Source: a candidate division CPR3 bacterium GWF2_35_18
GTDB taxonomy: Bacteria; Patescibacteriota; CPR3; GWF2-35-18
Assembly (NCBI GenBank): GCA_001771135.1
Contig: MESW01000005.1
Location: 17,467 to 81,466, forward strand
Length of the DNA: 64,000 nucleotides
Direction: 5' to 3'
Position numbers and translations under genes: made by a program. Of the stretch, positions 49,768 through 61,089 are shown piece by piece (position 1 is the stretch's first letter; each line of letters begins with the position of its first letter). The notes below the pieces were generated by a model. That model was not told the DNA's origin. It searched no databases and saw nothing but the letters and a program-made list of their open reading frames with translations.

Positions 49768-50322
49768 TTATCTTTTTTTATCTTTTTTCTCAAATGGTAA
49801 ACCCAATCTTTGCAATAAAAGCTTCGCTTGCTCATCAGAATTTGTATTGGTCACGATCGTAATCTGTAATCCGCGAATCTTATCAATTTTTCCAAATTCA
49901 ATTTCCAGAAACACGATCTGTTCTCTCATCCCGATAGAATAATTTCCTTGACCGTCAAAAGCATTCAAAGGTAAACCTTGAAAGTCGCGAACGCGGGGAA
50001 AAACCAAAGTAAAAAGCTTGTCTAAAAAAGCATACATGCGATCTCCACGAAGAGTTACTTTGGTTCCAATTTCATTTCCCTGTCTTACTTTAAAAGCGGC
50101 GATTGATTTTTTCGCTCTTGTAAAGGCCGGTTTCTGACCACAAATTAACGCTAAATCTGACATCGCTCCTTCAAGATCCTTTTTATTGGTAACCGCTGAT
50201 CCCACTCCAATAGAAACTACTACTTTTTTTACCATTGGAACTTCATAAGGATTCTGAAGTTCAAATTCTTTGACCAAGGCGGGACGTATTTCTTTGATGT
50301 ATTTTTCTTTTAAACGATTCAT
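49768..50322 (-). CDS. rplE: 50S ribosomal protein L5
   Basis: GQKP, KVTLRG, PRVRDF, FDGQGNY. Confidence 0.97.
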   Translation of the reverse strand: MNRLKEKYIKEIRPALVKEFELQNPYEVPMVKKVVVSIGVGSAVTNKKDLEGAMSDLALICGQKPAFTRAKKSIAAFKVRQGNEIGTKVTLRGDRMYAFLDKLFTLVFPRVRDFQGLPLNAFDGQGNYSIGMREQIVFLEIEFGKIDKIRGLQITIVTNTNSDEQAKLLLQRLGLPFEKKDKKR

Positions 50323-50324
50323 AA

Positions 50325-50639
50325 TTATTTAGTTAAAACCTCTTTACATTTTTTACAGTAACGATATTTTTGACCTGTTTCTTTTTTATCATAACCAATT
50401 CGAGTCGGCTTTCCACATTTGGGACAAATTATTTTTAAGTTTTCAACTCGAAGAGGTCTTGTGATCGAGATAATTCCACCGGGATCTTTATCCCCTCGAG
50501 ATTTCTGATGTTTTTTATAAACATTTATCCCTTCGACAATTACTCGATTTTCTTTAGGTAAAGTTTCTTTAACGATACCCTCTTTTCCGGCATCTTTTCC
50601 TTTAAGTACTTTTATTTTATCACCACTTTTAATTTTCAT
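50325..50639 (-). CDS. rplX: 50S ribosomal protein L24
   Basis: GKDAGKEG, VEGIN. Confidence 0.96.
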   Translation of the reverse strand: MKIKSGDKIKVLKGKDAGKEGIVKETLPKENRVIVEGINVYKKHQKSRGDKDPGGIISITRPLRVENLKIICPKCGKPTRIGYDKKETGQKYRYCKKCKEVLTK

Positions 50640-50642
50640 AGG

Positions 50643-51011
50643 TTACAAAACTTCCTTTGCTAGTGAAATAATCTTACTATATCCCTTTTCCCGAAGTTCA
50701 CGCGCCACCGGTCCAAAAATACGAGTACCACGAGGCATTCCGTCTTTATCAATAACCACAACCGCATTATCATCAAAACGAATATAGCTACCATCATTAC
50801 GACGAACCTCTTTTCGAGTCCGGACAATAACCGCGTCTGCTTTTTCGTGAGTTTTTACGATTCCAGTTGGATCGCCCAAATCAACACTGACTTTTATTTT
50901 GTCTCCGATAGTGGCGGTACGATTCTTACTAGCACCGGGAATTCCAATGCATTTTACAATTCTCGCTCCACTATTATCGGCCACTTTTAAACGTGTTCCT
51001 CTTTGAATCAC
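50643..51011 (-). CDS. rplN: 50S ribosomal protein L14
   Basis: [25 protein letters not shown]. Confidence 0.97.
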   Translation of the reverse strand: MIQRGTRLKVADNSGARIVKCIGIPGASKNRTATIGDKIKVSVDLGDPTGIVKTHEKADAVIVRTRKEVRRNDGSYIRFDDNAVVVIDKDGMPRGTRIFGPVARELREKGYSKIISLAKEVL

Positions 51012-51259
51012 TTTAATTCTCCATTTTTGTTAATAATTTCTTTGACAATAAACTTCTTATCTTTAGACATTGGTTTTACCTCTTCAAGAATAACCATATC
51101 TCCTAAAACTGCTCCCAATTCGTTGTGTGCTTTATATTTTTTATGACGGCGCATCCTTTTTTGATAAATAGGATGAACTTTCATGCCTTCGACAGAAACA
51201 ACAACAGTCTTTTCCATTTTGTCTGAAACAACCAATCCCTGTATTATTTTTTTAGACAT
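51008..51259 (-). CDS. rpsQ: 30S ribosomal protein S17
   Basis: [22 protein letters not shown]. Confidence 0.96.
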   Translation of the reverse strand: MSKKIIQGLVVSDKMEKTVVVSVEGMKVHPIYQKRMRRHKKYKAHNELGAVLGDMVILEEVKPMSKDKKFIVKEIINKNGELK

Positions 51260-51290
51260 AAACTGTGCTCCTTAAGTTTACAAAAACAAA

Positions 51291-51515
51291 TTACTTCTTA
51301 ATAAATTTTTTTAAATTTAATTTCGTTTCTAATCTAGCAATCTCTTTTCTCAACATATTGATTTCATGCGGATTTTTGAGTTTGCCCATGCGTAAATCAA
51401 TTTTTAAATCCAACATTTTTCTTTTTTTCTCTTTAATTTCGGTGATTGACTCATTTCCATTAAGATCCGCTTTAACTACTTTTTCAGTTTTTTGTTTATC
51501 TTTTTTATCGGTCAT
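51291..51515 (-). CDS. rpmC: 50S ribosomal protein L29
   Basis: GKLKNPHEINMLRKEIARLET; syntenic position. Confidence 0.9.
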   Translation of the reverse strand: MTDKKDKQKTEKVVKADLNGNESITEIKEKKRKMLDLKIDLRMGKLKNPHEINMLRKEIARLETKLNLKKFIKK

Positions 51516-51517
51516 AA

Positions 51518-51937
51518 TTATAATTGTGTGGTTTCTTTACTTACAAATTTTGTTTCAATCGATAACTTGTGTGATGCTAATCTAAAAGCTTCTTTGGCAA
51601 TATCAATAGTGACTCCACCGATTTCAAAAAGTATTTTTCCTCTTTTGACAACTGCTACATAATGATCAACATCACCCTTACCACCACCCATTCTAACTTC
51701 AAGAGGTTTTTGGGTAACTGGTTTATGTGGAAAAACTCGAATCCATACTTTTCCACCTCTTTTGGTGTAGTGAGAGATAGCTCGACGCGCTGATTCTAAT
51801 TCTCGCGCTCTTACCCAACCGTTTCCCGCTGCTTTCAAACCAAACTCTCCAAAAGAAAGAGTAAAACCTCTTTTGGCCATTCCCTTACGACGATCTCTAA
51901 ATTGTTTGCGATATTTGGTTCTTTTTGGTTGTAACAT
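51518..51937 (-). CDS. rplP: 50S ribosomal protein L16
   Basis: [24 protein letters not shown]. Confidence 0.97.
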   Translation of the reverse strand: MLQPKRTKYRKQFRDRRKGMAKRGFTLSFGEFGLKAAGNGWVRARELESARRAISHYTKRGGKVWIRVFPHKPVTQKPLEVRMGGGKGDVDHYVAVVKRGKILFEIGGVTIDIAKEAFRLASHKLSIETKFVSKETTQL

Positions 51938-51938
51938 T

Positions 51939-52622
51939 TTATTTTTCCGTATCTTTAGTCGCTGACGCTAATTTATTTTTTAATCCTTTTTTCCCAATCT
52001 CTTTTTTCCCTCGATTAATCCAGACTTTAATTCCTAATGTTCCATATTTTGTGTTTGACGTGTCTTCAGCAAAATCAATATCCGCTGATAAATTCTGTAA
52101 AGGAACTGATCCCTGAGCTAAATAAAGGGTTCGGGCAATTTCTTGACCTCCGACTCTACCACTAATTGCTACCTTTGCCCCAACAGCTCCGGCTTCCATA
52201 ATTTTCTCAATTGTCCCTTTTAAAATGCGTTTTTCCGGAACACGACGCTCTACCTGTCCCGCAATTTCCTGAGCCATAATCTTCGCTGATAAAAACGGTT
52301 TTTTCACTTCGGTAACAGCAAGCTGAATCTTCTCCGATTTGGTTAACTTTGCTAATTCATTTTTTAAAGAATCTATTCCTGCTCCACCTCGACCAATGAT
52401 TAACCCTGGTTTGCTGACATAAAGAGATATCTTGGTCTTTTTCATCGAACGTTCAATTTCTACTCTGGACAAACCCATTCTCTTTAATTTGTTAAATAAA
52501 TATTTACGAATTTTAATGTCTTCAGTCAAGAAATCCTTAAAACTACCTAAAGAAAACCATTTTGCACTCCAGGTATGTTGGATTCCTAGTCTAAAACTAA
52601 TAGGATGTGTTTTATTCCCCAT
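51939..52622 (-). CDS. rpsC: 30S ribosomal protein S3
   Basis: [28 protein letters not shown]. Confidence 0.97.
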   Translation of the reverse strand: MGNKTHPISFRLGIQHTWSAKWFSLGSFKDFLTEDIKIRKYLFNKLKRMGLSRVEIERSMKKTKISLYVSKPGLIIGRGGAGIDSLKNELAKLTKSEKIQLAVTEVKKPFLSAKIMAQEIAGQVERRVPEKRILKGTIEKIMEAGAVGAKVAISGRVGGQEIARTLYLAQGSVPLQNLSADIDFAEDTSNTKYGTLGIKVWINRGKKEIGKKGLKNKLASATKDTEK

Positions 52623-52623
52623 C

Positions 52624-53121
52624 TTACTTTAGCTCCTTTTTGTCCAAAGCTTTTTTCGTATCTGTTTTCTTTGTATTCTTAACTTTTTCAGTACTATCTT
52701 CAGCCTTTTCTTTCTTTGACTCTTTCTTTTTAGAAAGATCTGAAGCTTTTGCTTCTAAGTAAATTTTAATATTAGAAGTTCTTTTATTAATTCGACTAGC
52801 CATTCCGCGAGATCGAGCTCGAAATCTTTTTAAGGTAGGACCTTCACCGACTTCGATTTTTTTAACAATGAGATCGTCTTCGCGTAATCCAAAGTTATGA
52901 ACTGCATTAGCAATGGCTGATTTTAACACTTTTTCAATCAAATGAGAACTTTTCCTCTCCACGACAGTTAATCTATCTAAAGCATCACTTGCCTTCAATT
53001 TGCTAATTAGTCTGGCTACCATTCTCGCTTTAAAGGCAGAGATTCTGGCTTGACGATGCTCAGCAATAATTACTTGTGGAGAAATTACCGTTTTACTTGT
53101 ATTTTTATCCATGTGATTCAC
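52624..53121 (-). CDS. rplV: 50S ribosomal protein L22 with N- and C-terminal extensions
   Basis: SAIANA, EGPTLKR, RINKRTS. Confidence 0.95.
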   Translation of the reverse strand: MNHMDKNTSKTVISPQVIIAEHRQARISAFKARMVARLISKLKASDALDRLTVVERKSSHLIEKVLKSAIANAVHNFGLREDDLIVKKIEVGEGPTLKRFRARSRGMASRINKRTSNIKIYLEAKASDLSKKKESKKEKAEDSTEKVKNTKKTDTKKALDKKELK

Positions 53122-53404
53122 CCTCTGCTTCTGGTTTTACATAACCTTTTCGGCTATGAGAACGGAACGTTCTGGTTAAAGAAAATTCACCTAGTTTATG
53201 TCCCACCATATTTTCAGTAATAAATACTGGAAAATGGACTCTACCGTTGTGTACACCTAAAGTGTGTCCTACCATCTCCGGAGAGATATCCGAGTATCGC
53301 GCCCAAGTTTTAATGATATCTTTACTACCTGTTTCTTTTTGTTTTAGAACTTTTTTCAATAATTTTTGATCAACGTAAGGACCTTTTTTTGAGCTTCTTC
53401 CCAT
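53105..53404 (-). CDS. rpsS: 30S ribosomal protein S19
   Basis: [21 protein letters not shown]. Confidence 0.97.
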   Translation of the reverse strand: MGRSSKKGPYVDQKLLKKVLKQKETGSKDIIKTWARYSDISPEMVGHTLGVHNGRVHFPVFITENMVGHKLGEFSLTRTFRSHSRKGYVKPEAEGESHG

Positions 53405-53458
53405 AGTTTATCGGTTAGTTAATAATTCTCTCGTGGAATAAAATCCAGGGAATAATAA

Positions 53459-54283
53459 CTAGGACTTCCTCCTTTTGATAATTAATTTGTTGCTGGCTTT
53501 TTTGTTTCGAGTTTTTACACCCATAGCTCTTTTTCCCCATGGAGTCTTTGGAGGCATACCAGTTCCGCTTTTTCCTTCTCCTCCACCATGTGGGTGAGCA
53601 TCCGGATGCATGGCCGTACCTCTAACACTCGGTCTAATTCCGCGAATTCTACTTCTACCGGCTTTTCCAAGTTTAATATTTTTGTGATCTATATTTGATA
53701 AAGAACCAAATGTTGCACAACATTCATTCAAGATTAAACGAACTTCACCTGAAGGCATTTTTATCTGAGTATATTTGTCTTCACGATTCATCAGAGTTGC
53801 AGAAGAACCAGCCGATCTAACTAATTGCCCACCTTTTCCAGGATACATCTCAATATTGTGAATGATACTTCCCAAAGGCATGTTAAGTAACGGCATACTG
53901 TTTCCAGTCTTCACCGGAGCTTTTTCCCCAGACATTACCTCATCACCAACATGTAAACCTTGAGGAGCTAAGATATATCTCTTTTCTCCATCTAAATAGT
54001 GAAGTAACGCTATAAATGAAGTCCTATTGGGATCATATTCTATACTAATCACTTTCGCTTTAATGTTACACTTATCTCTCTTAAAATCGATATCGCGATA
54101 AAATCTTTTATGTCGTCCCCCTTTGTGTCTGGTAGCAACTTTTCCACCACCTCGACCCAACATTTTGGAGATAGAGCTTAAAAGACTCTTTTCGGCTTTG
54201 ACACCAGTTAATTCCTTGCGATAATCAATTCCGATTCTATTTCTTTGTGAGTTTGTATTTTCTTTAAATACTTTAATTGCCAT
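53459..54283 (-). CDS. rplB: 50S ribosomal protein L2
   Basis: [24 protein letters not shown]. Confidence 0.98.
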   Translation of the reverse strand: MAIKVFKENTNSQRNRIGIDYRKELTGVKAEKSLLSSISKMLGRGGGKVATRHKGGRHKRFYRDIDFKRDKCNIKAKVISIEYDPNRTSFIALLHYLDGEKRYILAPQGLHVGDEVMSGEKAPVKTGNSMPLLNMPLGSIIHNIEMYPGKGGQLVRSAGSSATLMNREDKYTQIKMPSGEVRLILNECCATFGSLSNIDHKNIKLGKAGRSRIRGIRPSVRGTAMHPDAHPHGGGEGKSGTGMPPKTPWGKRAMGVKTRNKKASNKLIIKRRKS

Positions 54284-54298
54284 TTTATTATCCTAATA

Positions 54299-54601
54299 TT
54301 ATTTCTTCTCTTGCCCAAGATCAAAGGCATCGATCTTTTGTTCGGCTTTAATTGTTACAATTGCCTTTCTTTTATCTTCTTTTTTCCCTGCGATTCTTTT
54401 TTTCCCAAAAGTAACCTTTTTCCCGCGAATGTTTACAACTTTTACATCTAAAACATCAACACTAAATTTATTTTCGACTGCGTTTTTGATTTCATGCTTC
54501 GTTGCATTTTTGTGTACTTGAAAAGTGTATCGGTTTTTGGCCGTGTTATTCAAGCTTTTTTCACTAATTATTGGTCTAATAATAACACTCGTTAATTCCA
54601 T
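54299..54601 (-). CDS. rplW: 50S ribosomal protein L23 (start MELTS at 54601)
   Basis: PIISEK, ATKHEIK, KAIVT. Confidence 0.95.
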   Translation of the reverse strand: MELTSVIIRPIISEKSLNNTAKNRYTFQVHKNATKHEIKNAVENKFSVDVLDVKVVNIRGKKVTFGKKRIAGKKEDKRKAIVTIKAEQKIDAFDLGQEKK

Positions 54602-54606
54602 AATCT

Positions 54607-55254
54607 TTATGCCTTCTTCTCTAAAAATGTTTTTTCTAAGATTTCGAAAGAGTCTTTTAACATTAAGATCGTGTCGCATTTCATCACATTATAAGTATTA
54701 ATCTGAGAAACAATCATACTTTCACATTTTTGAATATTGCGAAAAGAGTAATGTATATTATCATTTTTCTCCGGAATAATAACTAAAACACTTCTTTTAA
54801 TTTCTAATTTATTCAATAAATCTTTGACTCTTTTAGTCTGCGGTTTAGAAAGTTCAATCTTTTCTACTACTTTTAATTTATTTTCGGCTAACTTCTCTGA
54901 CAAAGCTGAGAAGAGAGCGGCTTTTTTCATTTTTTTGCTTAATTTACGCGAAAAATCGTGTGGATGCGGACCATGAGCAATTCCCCCTTTTGTCCAAATA
55001 GGAGAACGAGTTGATCCTTGTCTTGCCCTACCAGTTCCCTTTTGCTTCCAAGGTTTTTTTCCTCCACCAGAAACATCCCCTCGATCTTTAGTATTGGCTG
55101 TCCCGCGTCTTTGATTGGCTAAATATACCTTTACCGCCTGAGCCATTAGTTCTGGATTTACCTTTGCACCAAAGATCATTTCAGGTAAAGTAAAAGTTCC
55201 GACTTTTTCACCTTCAAAACTATATAAATCTGTAGTTAAATCTTTTTTGTTCAT
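54607..55254 (-). CDS. rplD: 50S ribosomal protein L4
   Basis: KPWKQKGTGRARQGS, GGIAHGP. Confidence 0.97.
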   Translation of the reverse strand: MNKKDLTTDLYSFEGEKVGTFTLPEMIFGAKVNPELMAQAVKVYLANQRRGTANTKDRGDVSGGGKKPWKQKGTGRARQGSTRSPIWTKGGIAHGPHPHDFSRKLSKKMKKAALFSALSEKLAENKLKVVEKIELSKPQTKRVKDLLNKLEIKRSVLVIIPEKNDNIHYSFRNIQKCESMIVSQINTYNVMKCDTILMLKDSFEILEKTFLEKKA

Positions 55255-55883
55255 TAATTTACTTTTATAATTGTTAAAATGGAGCCACGATAACCGGGAA
55301 CAGCTCCCTTTATTTTCATTTGATTGTTTTTTTCATCAATGGCAATAACTTCTAATCCTTTGACAGTTATTCTCTCATCACCCATATGCCCACCCATTTT
55401 TTTGCCTTTGTAGACTCTTCCAGGATCAGTTCTTCCACCAATTGAACCAGGAGCACGGTGACGATCAGATTGTCCATGTGTTTTTGGTCCACCATGAAAT
55501 CCATGTCTTTTTACGACTCCAGCAAAACCCTTTCCCTTGGAAACTCCCATCACTTGAACTTTATTTCCCACTGTAAAAATATCTGATATCTGAAACTCTT
55601 TTCCCACTTTTAAATCCTCTTCTATCTGCGAAACCGGAAATTCCTTTAAAATAGCTGGTTTAGAACGGATATTTTTAAAGTGTCCGTAGAGTGATTTTTT
55701 CAAGTTTTTAGGTTTTCGATTACCAAATCCAAGCTGTAGAGAGGAATAATTCTCTTTATTCTCATTTTTAATCTGGGTGACCACACAAGGCCCAACCTCT
55801 AAAACAGTAACTGGAACTAAAGACCCATCTTCCTTAAAAACCTGAGACATTTCAATTTTTTTTGCAATTAAACCATTTAACAT
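55254..55883 (-). CDS. rplC: 50S ribosomal protein L3
   Basis: PVTV, KGKGFAG, RAPGSIG, KGAVPG. Confidence 0.97.
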   Translation of the reverse strand: MLNGLIAKKIEMSQVFKEDGSLVPVTVLEVGPCVVTQIKNENKENYSSLQLGFGNRKPKNLKKSLYGHFKNIRSKPAILKEFPVSQIEEDLKVGKEFQISDIFTVGNKVQVMGVSKGKGFAGVVKRHGFHGGPKTHGQSDRHRAPGSIGGRTDPGRVYKGKKMGGHMGDERITVKGLEVIAIDEKNNQMKIKGAVPGYRGSILTIIKVN

Positions 55884-55887
55884 AATG

Positions 55888-55934
55888 AAAAAGAAAAGAA
55901 GCGATTCACTTTATTTTAAAAGCAAATCACTTCT
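55888..55934 (-). terminator. Terminator-like hairpin between rpsJ and rplC
   Basis: 16-bp stem with G-U pairs (AGAAGTGATTTGCTTT/AAAGTGAATCGCTTCT) followed by TTTCTTTTT. Confidence 0.55.
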
Positions 55935-56017
55935 CCCTAAGATAAACACAAATTATAGTTTTCTTAAAGATTAATCAATTGAGAAGATAACCCTCCTCAT
56001 TAAATTTAAAAAATATA

Positions 56018-56326
56018 CTACATCTTAATTTCAATATCCACACCCGCTGGAAGATCCAAATGCATTAATGCATCAATCGTTTTTGGAGTCGGAATCAATA
56101 TATCAATAAGTCGTTTATGAATCCTCATTTCAAAATGTTCTCTGGAATCTTTATCAATATGTGGACCACTAATCACGCACCACTTCTTCATCTCAGTTGG
56201 TAAAGGAATCGGTCCTGCAACCTTAGCTCCAGTTCGAATTGCCGTATCCAAAATTTCTTCGGCGGCGATGTCGATAACTCGATGATCGTATGATTTTAAA
56301 CGTACTCTAATACGTCCTTTTGCCAT
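56018..56326 (-). CDS. rpsJ: 30S ribosomal protein S10
   Basis: [28 protein letters not shown]. Confidence 0.97.
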   Translation of the reverse strand: MAKGRIRVRLKSYDHRVIDIAAEEILDTAIRTGAKVAGPIPLPTEMKKWCVISGPHIDKDSREHFEMRIHKRLIDILIPTPKTIDALMHLDLPAGVDIEIKM

Positions 56327-56420
56327 AATTTTTCTTTTTTAGAGCCAAAACTATAGGGACAATACCTTTGACTCAACCTAAATATTATTTATAACTTATA
56401 AACCTTTTAACTTTAAAGCA

Positions 56421-56452
56421 AATATACCAAGCCGTAATTGGTCTTGGTATAT
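56421..56452 (-). terminator. Hairpin downstream of tuf
   Basis: 11-bp inverted repeat AATATACCAAG...CTTGGTATATT. Confidence 0.6.
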
Positions 56453-56469
56453 TAATGCTTTGATCATTT

Positions 56470-57675
56470 TTATTTTACAACCTTAGATACTACTCCCGCT
56501 CCCACAGTGTGTCCACCTTCTCGAATTGCGAAACGCAAACCCTCTTCTAAAGCAACCGGTTGAATTAATTTAACTTTAAATTTCACACTATCTCCTGGCA
56601 TAACCATTTCTACTCCTTCAGGAAGATCAACTTCTCCGGTAATATCAGTAGTCTTTACATAGAATTGAGGTCGATAACCCTTAAAAAAAGGAGTGTGTCG
56701 TCCACCTTCTTCTTTATTCAAAATATACACTTCGGATTCAAATTCGGTATGAGGCTTTACAGAACCGGGTTTGGCTAAGACCATTCCTCTTTCTACGTCA
56801 GTTCTTTCAACTCCACGAAGAAGACAACCAACATTATCTCCAGCCTGACCCTCATCGAGTAACTTTCGGAACATTTCTACACCAGTAACCACGCTCTTTT
56901 GAATTTTATCTTTAATACCAATAATCTCAATTTCTTCGTTAACTTTAACAATTCCACGTTCAATTCTTCCAGTAACAACAGTACCACGACCGGAAATAGA
57001 GAAAACATCTTCTACTGGCATCAAAAATGGCTTATCAACTGGTCGAACGGGAACAGGGATATAATTATCGATTGCATCAAGTAATTCCCAGATTGGTTTA
57101 GCCCATTTATCTTCTCGAGATAAATCTTCTGATTCTAAAGCTTTTAAGGCTGAACCTCTAATTATAGGTACTTCATCTCCAGGGAATTGATATTTTGTCA
57201 AAAGCTCTCGAACTTCCATTTCAACTAAGTCAAGCAGTTCAGCATCTTCAACCATATCTACCTTATTTAAGAAAACAACCACTTTAGGAACATTTACCTG
57301 ATAAGCAAGCAAGATATGTTCTCTAGTTTGAGGCATTGGTCCATCAGGAGCAGCAACCACGAGGATTGCACCATCCATTTGAGCAGCACCAGTAATCATA
57401 TTTTTAATATAGTCTTGATGTCCAGGACAATCCACGTGTGCATAGTGAAATTTATCAGTTCGATATTCCAAGTGAGAAATAGAAATCGTAATTCCTCTTT
57501 CTTTCTCTTCTGGAGCATTATCAATCTGATCATACGCAAAATATTGCGCTTTTCCTTGTTTTGCAAGTACTTTAGTAATCGCTGCGGTTAATGTAGTTTT
57601 CCCATGATCAACATGTCCGATAGTTCCCACATTTTTGTGTGGAAGATCTCTTGAAAACTTCTCTTTTTCTGCCAT
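56470..57675 (-). CDS. tuf: Elongation factor Tu
   Basis: [23 protein letters not shown]. Confidence 0.99.
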   Translation of the reverse strand: MAEKEKFSRDLPHKNVGTIGHVDHGKTTLTAAITKVLAKQGKAQYFAYDQIDNAPEEKERGITISISHLEYRTDKFHYAHVDCPGHQDYIKNMITGAAQMDGAILVVAAPDGPMPQTREHILLAYQVNVPKVVVFLNKVDMVEDAELLDLVEMEVRELLTKYQFPGDEVPIIRGSALKALESEDLSREDKWAKPIWELLDAIDNYIPVPVRPVDKPFLMPVEDVFSISGRGTVVTGRIERGIVKVNEEIEIIGIKDKIQKSVVTGVEMFRKLLDEGQAGDNVGCLLRGVERTDVERGMVLAKPGSVKPHTEFESEVYILNKEEGGRHTPFFKGYRPQFYVKTTDITGEVDLPEGVEMVMPGDSVKFKVKLIQPVALEEGLRFAIREGGHTVGAGVVSKVVK

Positions 57676-57748
57676 TTTAAAACTCCTTTTGAAAAGTATA
57701 AATTAGCTTTATGTAAAAAATTTAATAAATACAAATTACAACTTAGGC

Positions 57749-57777
57749 ATTCTAGCATGGAGGCTCTTTGAAGTCAA
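57749..57777 (-). promoter_or_regulatory. Sigma70-type promoter for tuf
   Basis: TTGACT-17 bp-TAGAAT with TG extension. Confidence 0.75.
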
Positions 57778-57820
57778 CAGCTTTTATGCCACTACAAGGG
57801 GAAATACTTCTAAAACTAAA

Positions 57821-59962
57821 TTATTTGCGTGTATCTCCTTCTTGTTTCTCCCCGATAATTTTCTCCTGAACATTTCGTGGTGTTTCTTGATAATGGGATG
57901 GCTCCATTGTATAGGAAGCTCTTCCTTGAGTCAAAGATCTTAAATTCGTAGCATAACCAAACATTTCTGACAGCGGAACTAAAGCCGTAACTAAGCGGGC
58001 ATTTCCGATCTGATCCATTCCTTGAATTTGCCCTCGTTTTGAATTCAAGTCTCCAATAACATCTCCCATAAAATCTTCGGGGGTTGTTACTCCAACTTTC
58101 ATAATCGGTTCCAAAATAACCGGAGAAGCTCTACGTAATCCATCTTTTAAAGCCATAGCTCCTGCAATCTGGAAAGCAATATCGCTAGAATCAACATCAT
58201 GATACGAACCATCAAACAAAGTTGCTTTAAAATCAGTAGAAGGATAACCGGCTAAAACTCCAGAATCGAGAGCATTTCTGACACCTTTTTCAACCGAACC
58301 GATAAACTCCTGTGGAATTGATCCTCCTCTAACTGCATTAACAAATTCAAAACCCTCACCCCTGGCTTTTGGTTCTAACCTAAGGAGACAATGACCATAT
58401 TGTCCTTTTCCACCCGATTGACGAATATATTTTCCTTCTGACTCAATGCTTTTTTGAATAGTTTCTCTGAAAGCAACCTGTGGCCGACCTACATCAGCTT
58501 CTACTTTAAATTCTCGTTTCATTCGATCAACAAGAATATCTAGATGTAGCTCTCCCATACCCGCAATTGTTGTTTGTGCAGTTTCTTCATTATATTTTAT
58601 TTTAAAAGTTGGGTCTTCTTCAGAAAGACGATGTAAAGCATTTCCCAATTTTTCCTGATCCACCTTTGTTTTTGGTTCAATTGCAACGCTAATAACTGGA
58701 TCTGGGAATTCGATTGATTCTAAAACAATCGGACTACTCAAATCACATAAGGTATTTCCGGTAGTTGTCTGCTTAAGACCAGCAACAGCTCCAATCTCAC
58801 CCGCCCCTAGTTCTTGAACTTCCTCCTGATGAGCAGCATGCATCAAAAGAATTCTTCCCATTCTTTCTTTATCTTGTTTGGAAGCATTATAAACGTCCAT
58901 TCCACGGGTGACTTTTCCAGAATAGATACGGAAATAAGTTAATTTCATTTTTACAATCGGATCCATTTGAATTTTAAAGGCTAAAGCGCAGAATTTTTCA
59001 TTTTCAGAGACTTTACGAGTTTCTTCTACCCCAGTTTTTGGATTCAATCCTTTTATATATGGAACATCTAAAGGAGAAGGAAGATAATCGATAACAGCAT
59101 CTAGAAGAGGCTGTACCCCTTTATTTTTGAGTGAGGAACCGCATAAAATCAAAACCCTTTTATTAGTATCCTGCAAAACCACTTTTCGCAAACCTTTTTT
59201 AAGCTCTTCGATTGTCAGTGATTCACCGGCGAAATATTTTTCCATTAAAGAATCGTCTTTGTCCGCTGCGGCTTCGACTAATTTTTGACGGTATTCTTTG
59301 ACTTTTTCTTTATACTCTTCTGGAATATCTCCGTAAGTAATTTTTTCACCTTTTTCGTCCTTATAATACAAAGCTTTTTCCGATACTAAATCAATTACAC
59401 CTTGAAAATTATTTTCTTCTCCAATTGGAATATTTAAAGGAATCGGTTCAACGCCTAATCTTTCCTGAATCGATTTTCTATTATTCTCAAGTCTGGCTCC
59501 AAGTCCATCCATTTTATTAATAAAACAAATACGAGGAACATTATATTTATCAGCTTGATGCCAAACGGTTTCTGATTGTGGTTCAACACCCATCTTCCCA
59601 TCAAAAACAACAACTGCTCCGTCCAAAACACGTAAAGATCTTTCGACTTCAGCGGTAAAATCCACATGCCCCGGAGTATCAATAATATTAATTCGGTGAG
59701 TTTCAGGTAAATATTCTCTTTCTTCAGATAATGGCCAAAAACAGGTTGTCGCGGCTGATTGAATAGTGATACCTCTTTCTTTTTCCTGTTCCATCCAATC
59801 CATTTGTGTTGTTCCTTCGTCGATATCTCCGATTTTATAAGTCTTACCCGTATAATAGAGGATTCTTTCGGTCGTGGTCGTCTTTCCCGCATCAATATGC
59901 GCGATTATTCCGATATTGCGGATTTTATCTAAGCTAAATTTTTTGATTTCATCTGTAGGCAT
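57821..59962 (-). CDS. fusA: Elongation factor G
   Basis: [37 protein letters not shown]. Confidence 0.99.
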   Translation of the reverse strand: MPTDEIKKFSLDKIRNIGIIAHIDAGKTTTTERILYYTGKTYKIGDIDEGTTQMDWMEQEKERGITIQSAATTCFWPLSEEREYLPETHRINIIDTPGHVDFTAEVERSLRVLDGAVVVFDGKMGVEPQSETVWHQADKYNVPRICFINKMDGLGARLENNRKSIQERLGVEPIPLNIPIGEENNFQGVIDLVSEKALYYKDEKGEKITYGDIPEEYKEKVKEYRQKLVEAAADKDDSLMEKYFAGESLTIEELKKGLRKVVLQDTNKRVLILCGSSLKNKGVQPLLDAVIDYLPSPLDVPYIKGLNPKTGVEETRKVSENEKFCALAFKIQMDPIVKMKLTYFRIYSGKVTRGMDVYNASKQDKERMGRILLMHAAHQEEVQELGAGEIGAVAGLKQTTTGNTLCDLSSPIVLESIEFPDPVISVAIEPKTKVDQEKLGNALHRLSEEDPTFKIKYNEETAQTTIAGMGELHLDILVDRMKREFKVEADVGRPQVAFRETIQKSIESEGKYIRQSGGKGQYGHCLLRLEPKARGEGFEFVNAVRGGSIPQEFIGSVEKGVRNALDSGVLAGYPSTDFKATLFDGSYHDVDSSDIAFQIAGAMALKDGLRRASPVILEPIMKVGVTTPEDFMGDVIGDLNSKRGQIQGMDQIGNARLVTALVPLSEMFGYATNLRSLTQGRASYTMEPSHYQETPRNVQEKIIGEKQEGDTRK

Positions 59963-59979
59963 AATAATAGTCCTTTAAA

Positions 59980-60882
59980 TTATCTTTTGTATCTTGCTGC
60001 TTTTTTTAAATTTTTTAATAATTCACTACCCACTTCAAATCCAGTACCGATTAAACCTAAACTTGTCCCGATTTTTTCTGATTCTCCATGAAAATCAGAT
60101 CCTCCTGTTACTACCATATTTAAATCGTGTGCCACTTTTTGGTAATATAAAACACATTCTTTGGTGCGGGATTCATTTTCAACAAAGTAAATCGCCTCAA
60201 TACCCATTAACCCTTTTCTCTTAAATTTCTTTAAAAATTCCAAACTTGTATCGCTTGGAGGCAAATCATAACCGGGATGAGCAATAACGGACACTCCTCC
60301 CAACTTTTTAATATATGTAATCCCTTTTTCAAACTCTAACTTTTCTTTAGGAACATTTGCAACTTTTCCGGCCACCATATATCTACTTATATAGTCGGAA
60401 ATGCTGGGAATACTCCCAAAAACTTCTTTCAACCTTTTCTCGTTTTCCCTATTTTCAATTACAGCTCTAGCAACATGTGGTTTCCCGACATTACCTTTTG
60501 CGATGTTTTTCACTTTCTGAATGTCAATTGTATACCCTTCTTTTTGTAAGATTATGATAATCTTTAAAGCTCTTTCATCACGAACCGCACTAAAGTGATG
60601 TAATAAATCCAGAAACCATTTTGCTTTAATATCAATATAATAACCTAAAAGGTGCAATTCTTTTCCCTGATATAATGTTGACAACTCAACTCCTGGAACA
60701 ACCTCTATCCCAAGCTTTTCCCCTGCATCCATAGCTTCACTTATTCCCGAAATACTATCATGATCAGTAACGGCGATAGCTGATAAACCTAAATTAAATC
60801 CCTTAATCACAAGCTCCGAAGGGCTTAATGCGCCATCAGAAGCGTTCGTGTGACAATGTAAGTCAATCAGTTTCTTGTGCAT
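59980..60882 (-). CDS. PHP-domain phosphoesterase (YciV/TrpH, RNase AM-like)
   Basis: DLHCHTNASDG, VTDHD, GVELS, HLLGY, AHP, GGSDFHG; ATG at 60882. Confidence 0.9.
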   Translation of the reverse strand: MHKKLIDLHCHTNASDGALSPSELVIKGFNLGLSAIAVTDHDSISGISEAMDAGEKLGIEVVPGVELSTLYQGKELHLLGYYIDIKAKWFLDLLHHFSAVRDERALKIIIILQKEGYTIDIQKVKNIAKGNVGKPHVARAVIENRENEKRLKEVFGSIPSISDYISRYMVAGKVANVPKEKLEFEKGITYIKKLGGVSVIAHPGYDLPPSDTSLEFLKKFKRKGLMGIEAIYFVENESRTKECVLYYQKVAHDLNMVVTGGSDFHGESEKIGTSLGLIGTGFEVGSELLKNLKKAARYKR

Positions 60883-60886
60883 GATC

Positions 60887-61046
60887 AAAAAACACGGGAA
60901 GTTTCCCGTGAATGAATCTCACACGGGCTAAGGCCCATGTTATCTTCCTACCTACCAACAAGTCTTTCAGAAAACTACTTGAAATACTGTGTTTAAAGTT
61001 ACAAACGGATTATTCTAAAGACTCTAAGCTGGTAGAAAGTTATCTT
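60887..61046 (-). promoter_or_regulatory. Structured intergenic RNA ending in an intrinsic terminator; candidate attenuator
   Basis: Rod 60952-61035; hairpin ACATGGGC-CTTA-GCCCGTGT; terminator CACGGGA-AACT-TCCCGTG-TTTTTT. Confidence 0.6.
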
Positions 61047-61089
61047 AAACCTGACTCATTTTCAAATGTGTAAAATGTTTTAATGAAGA

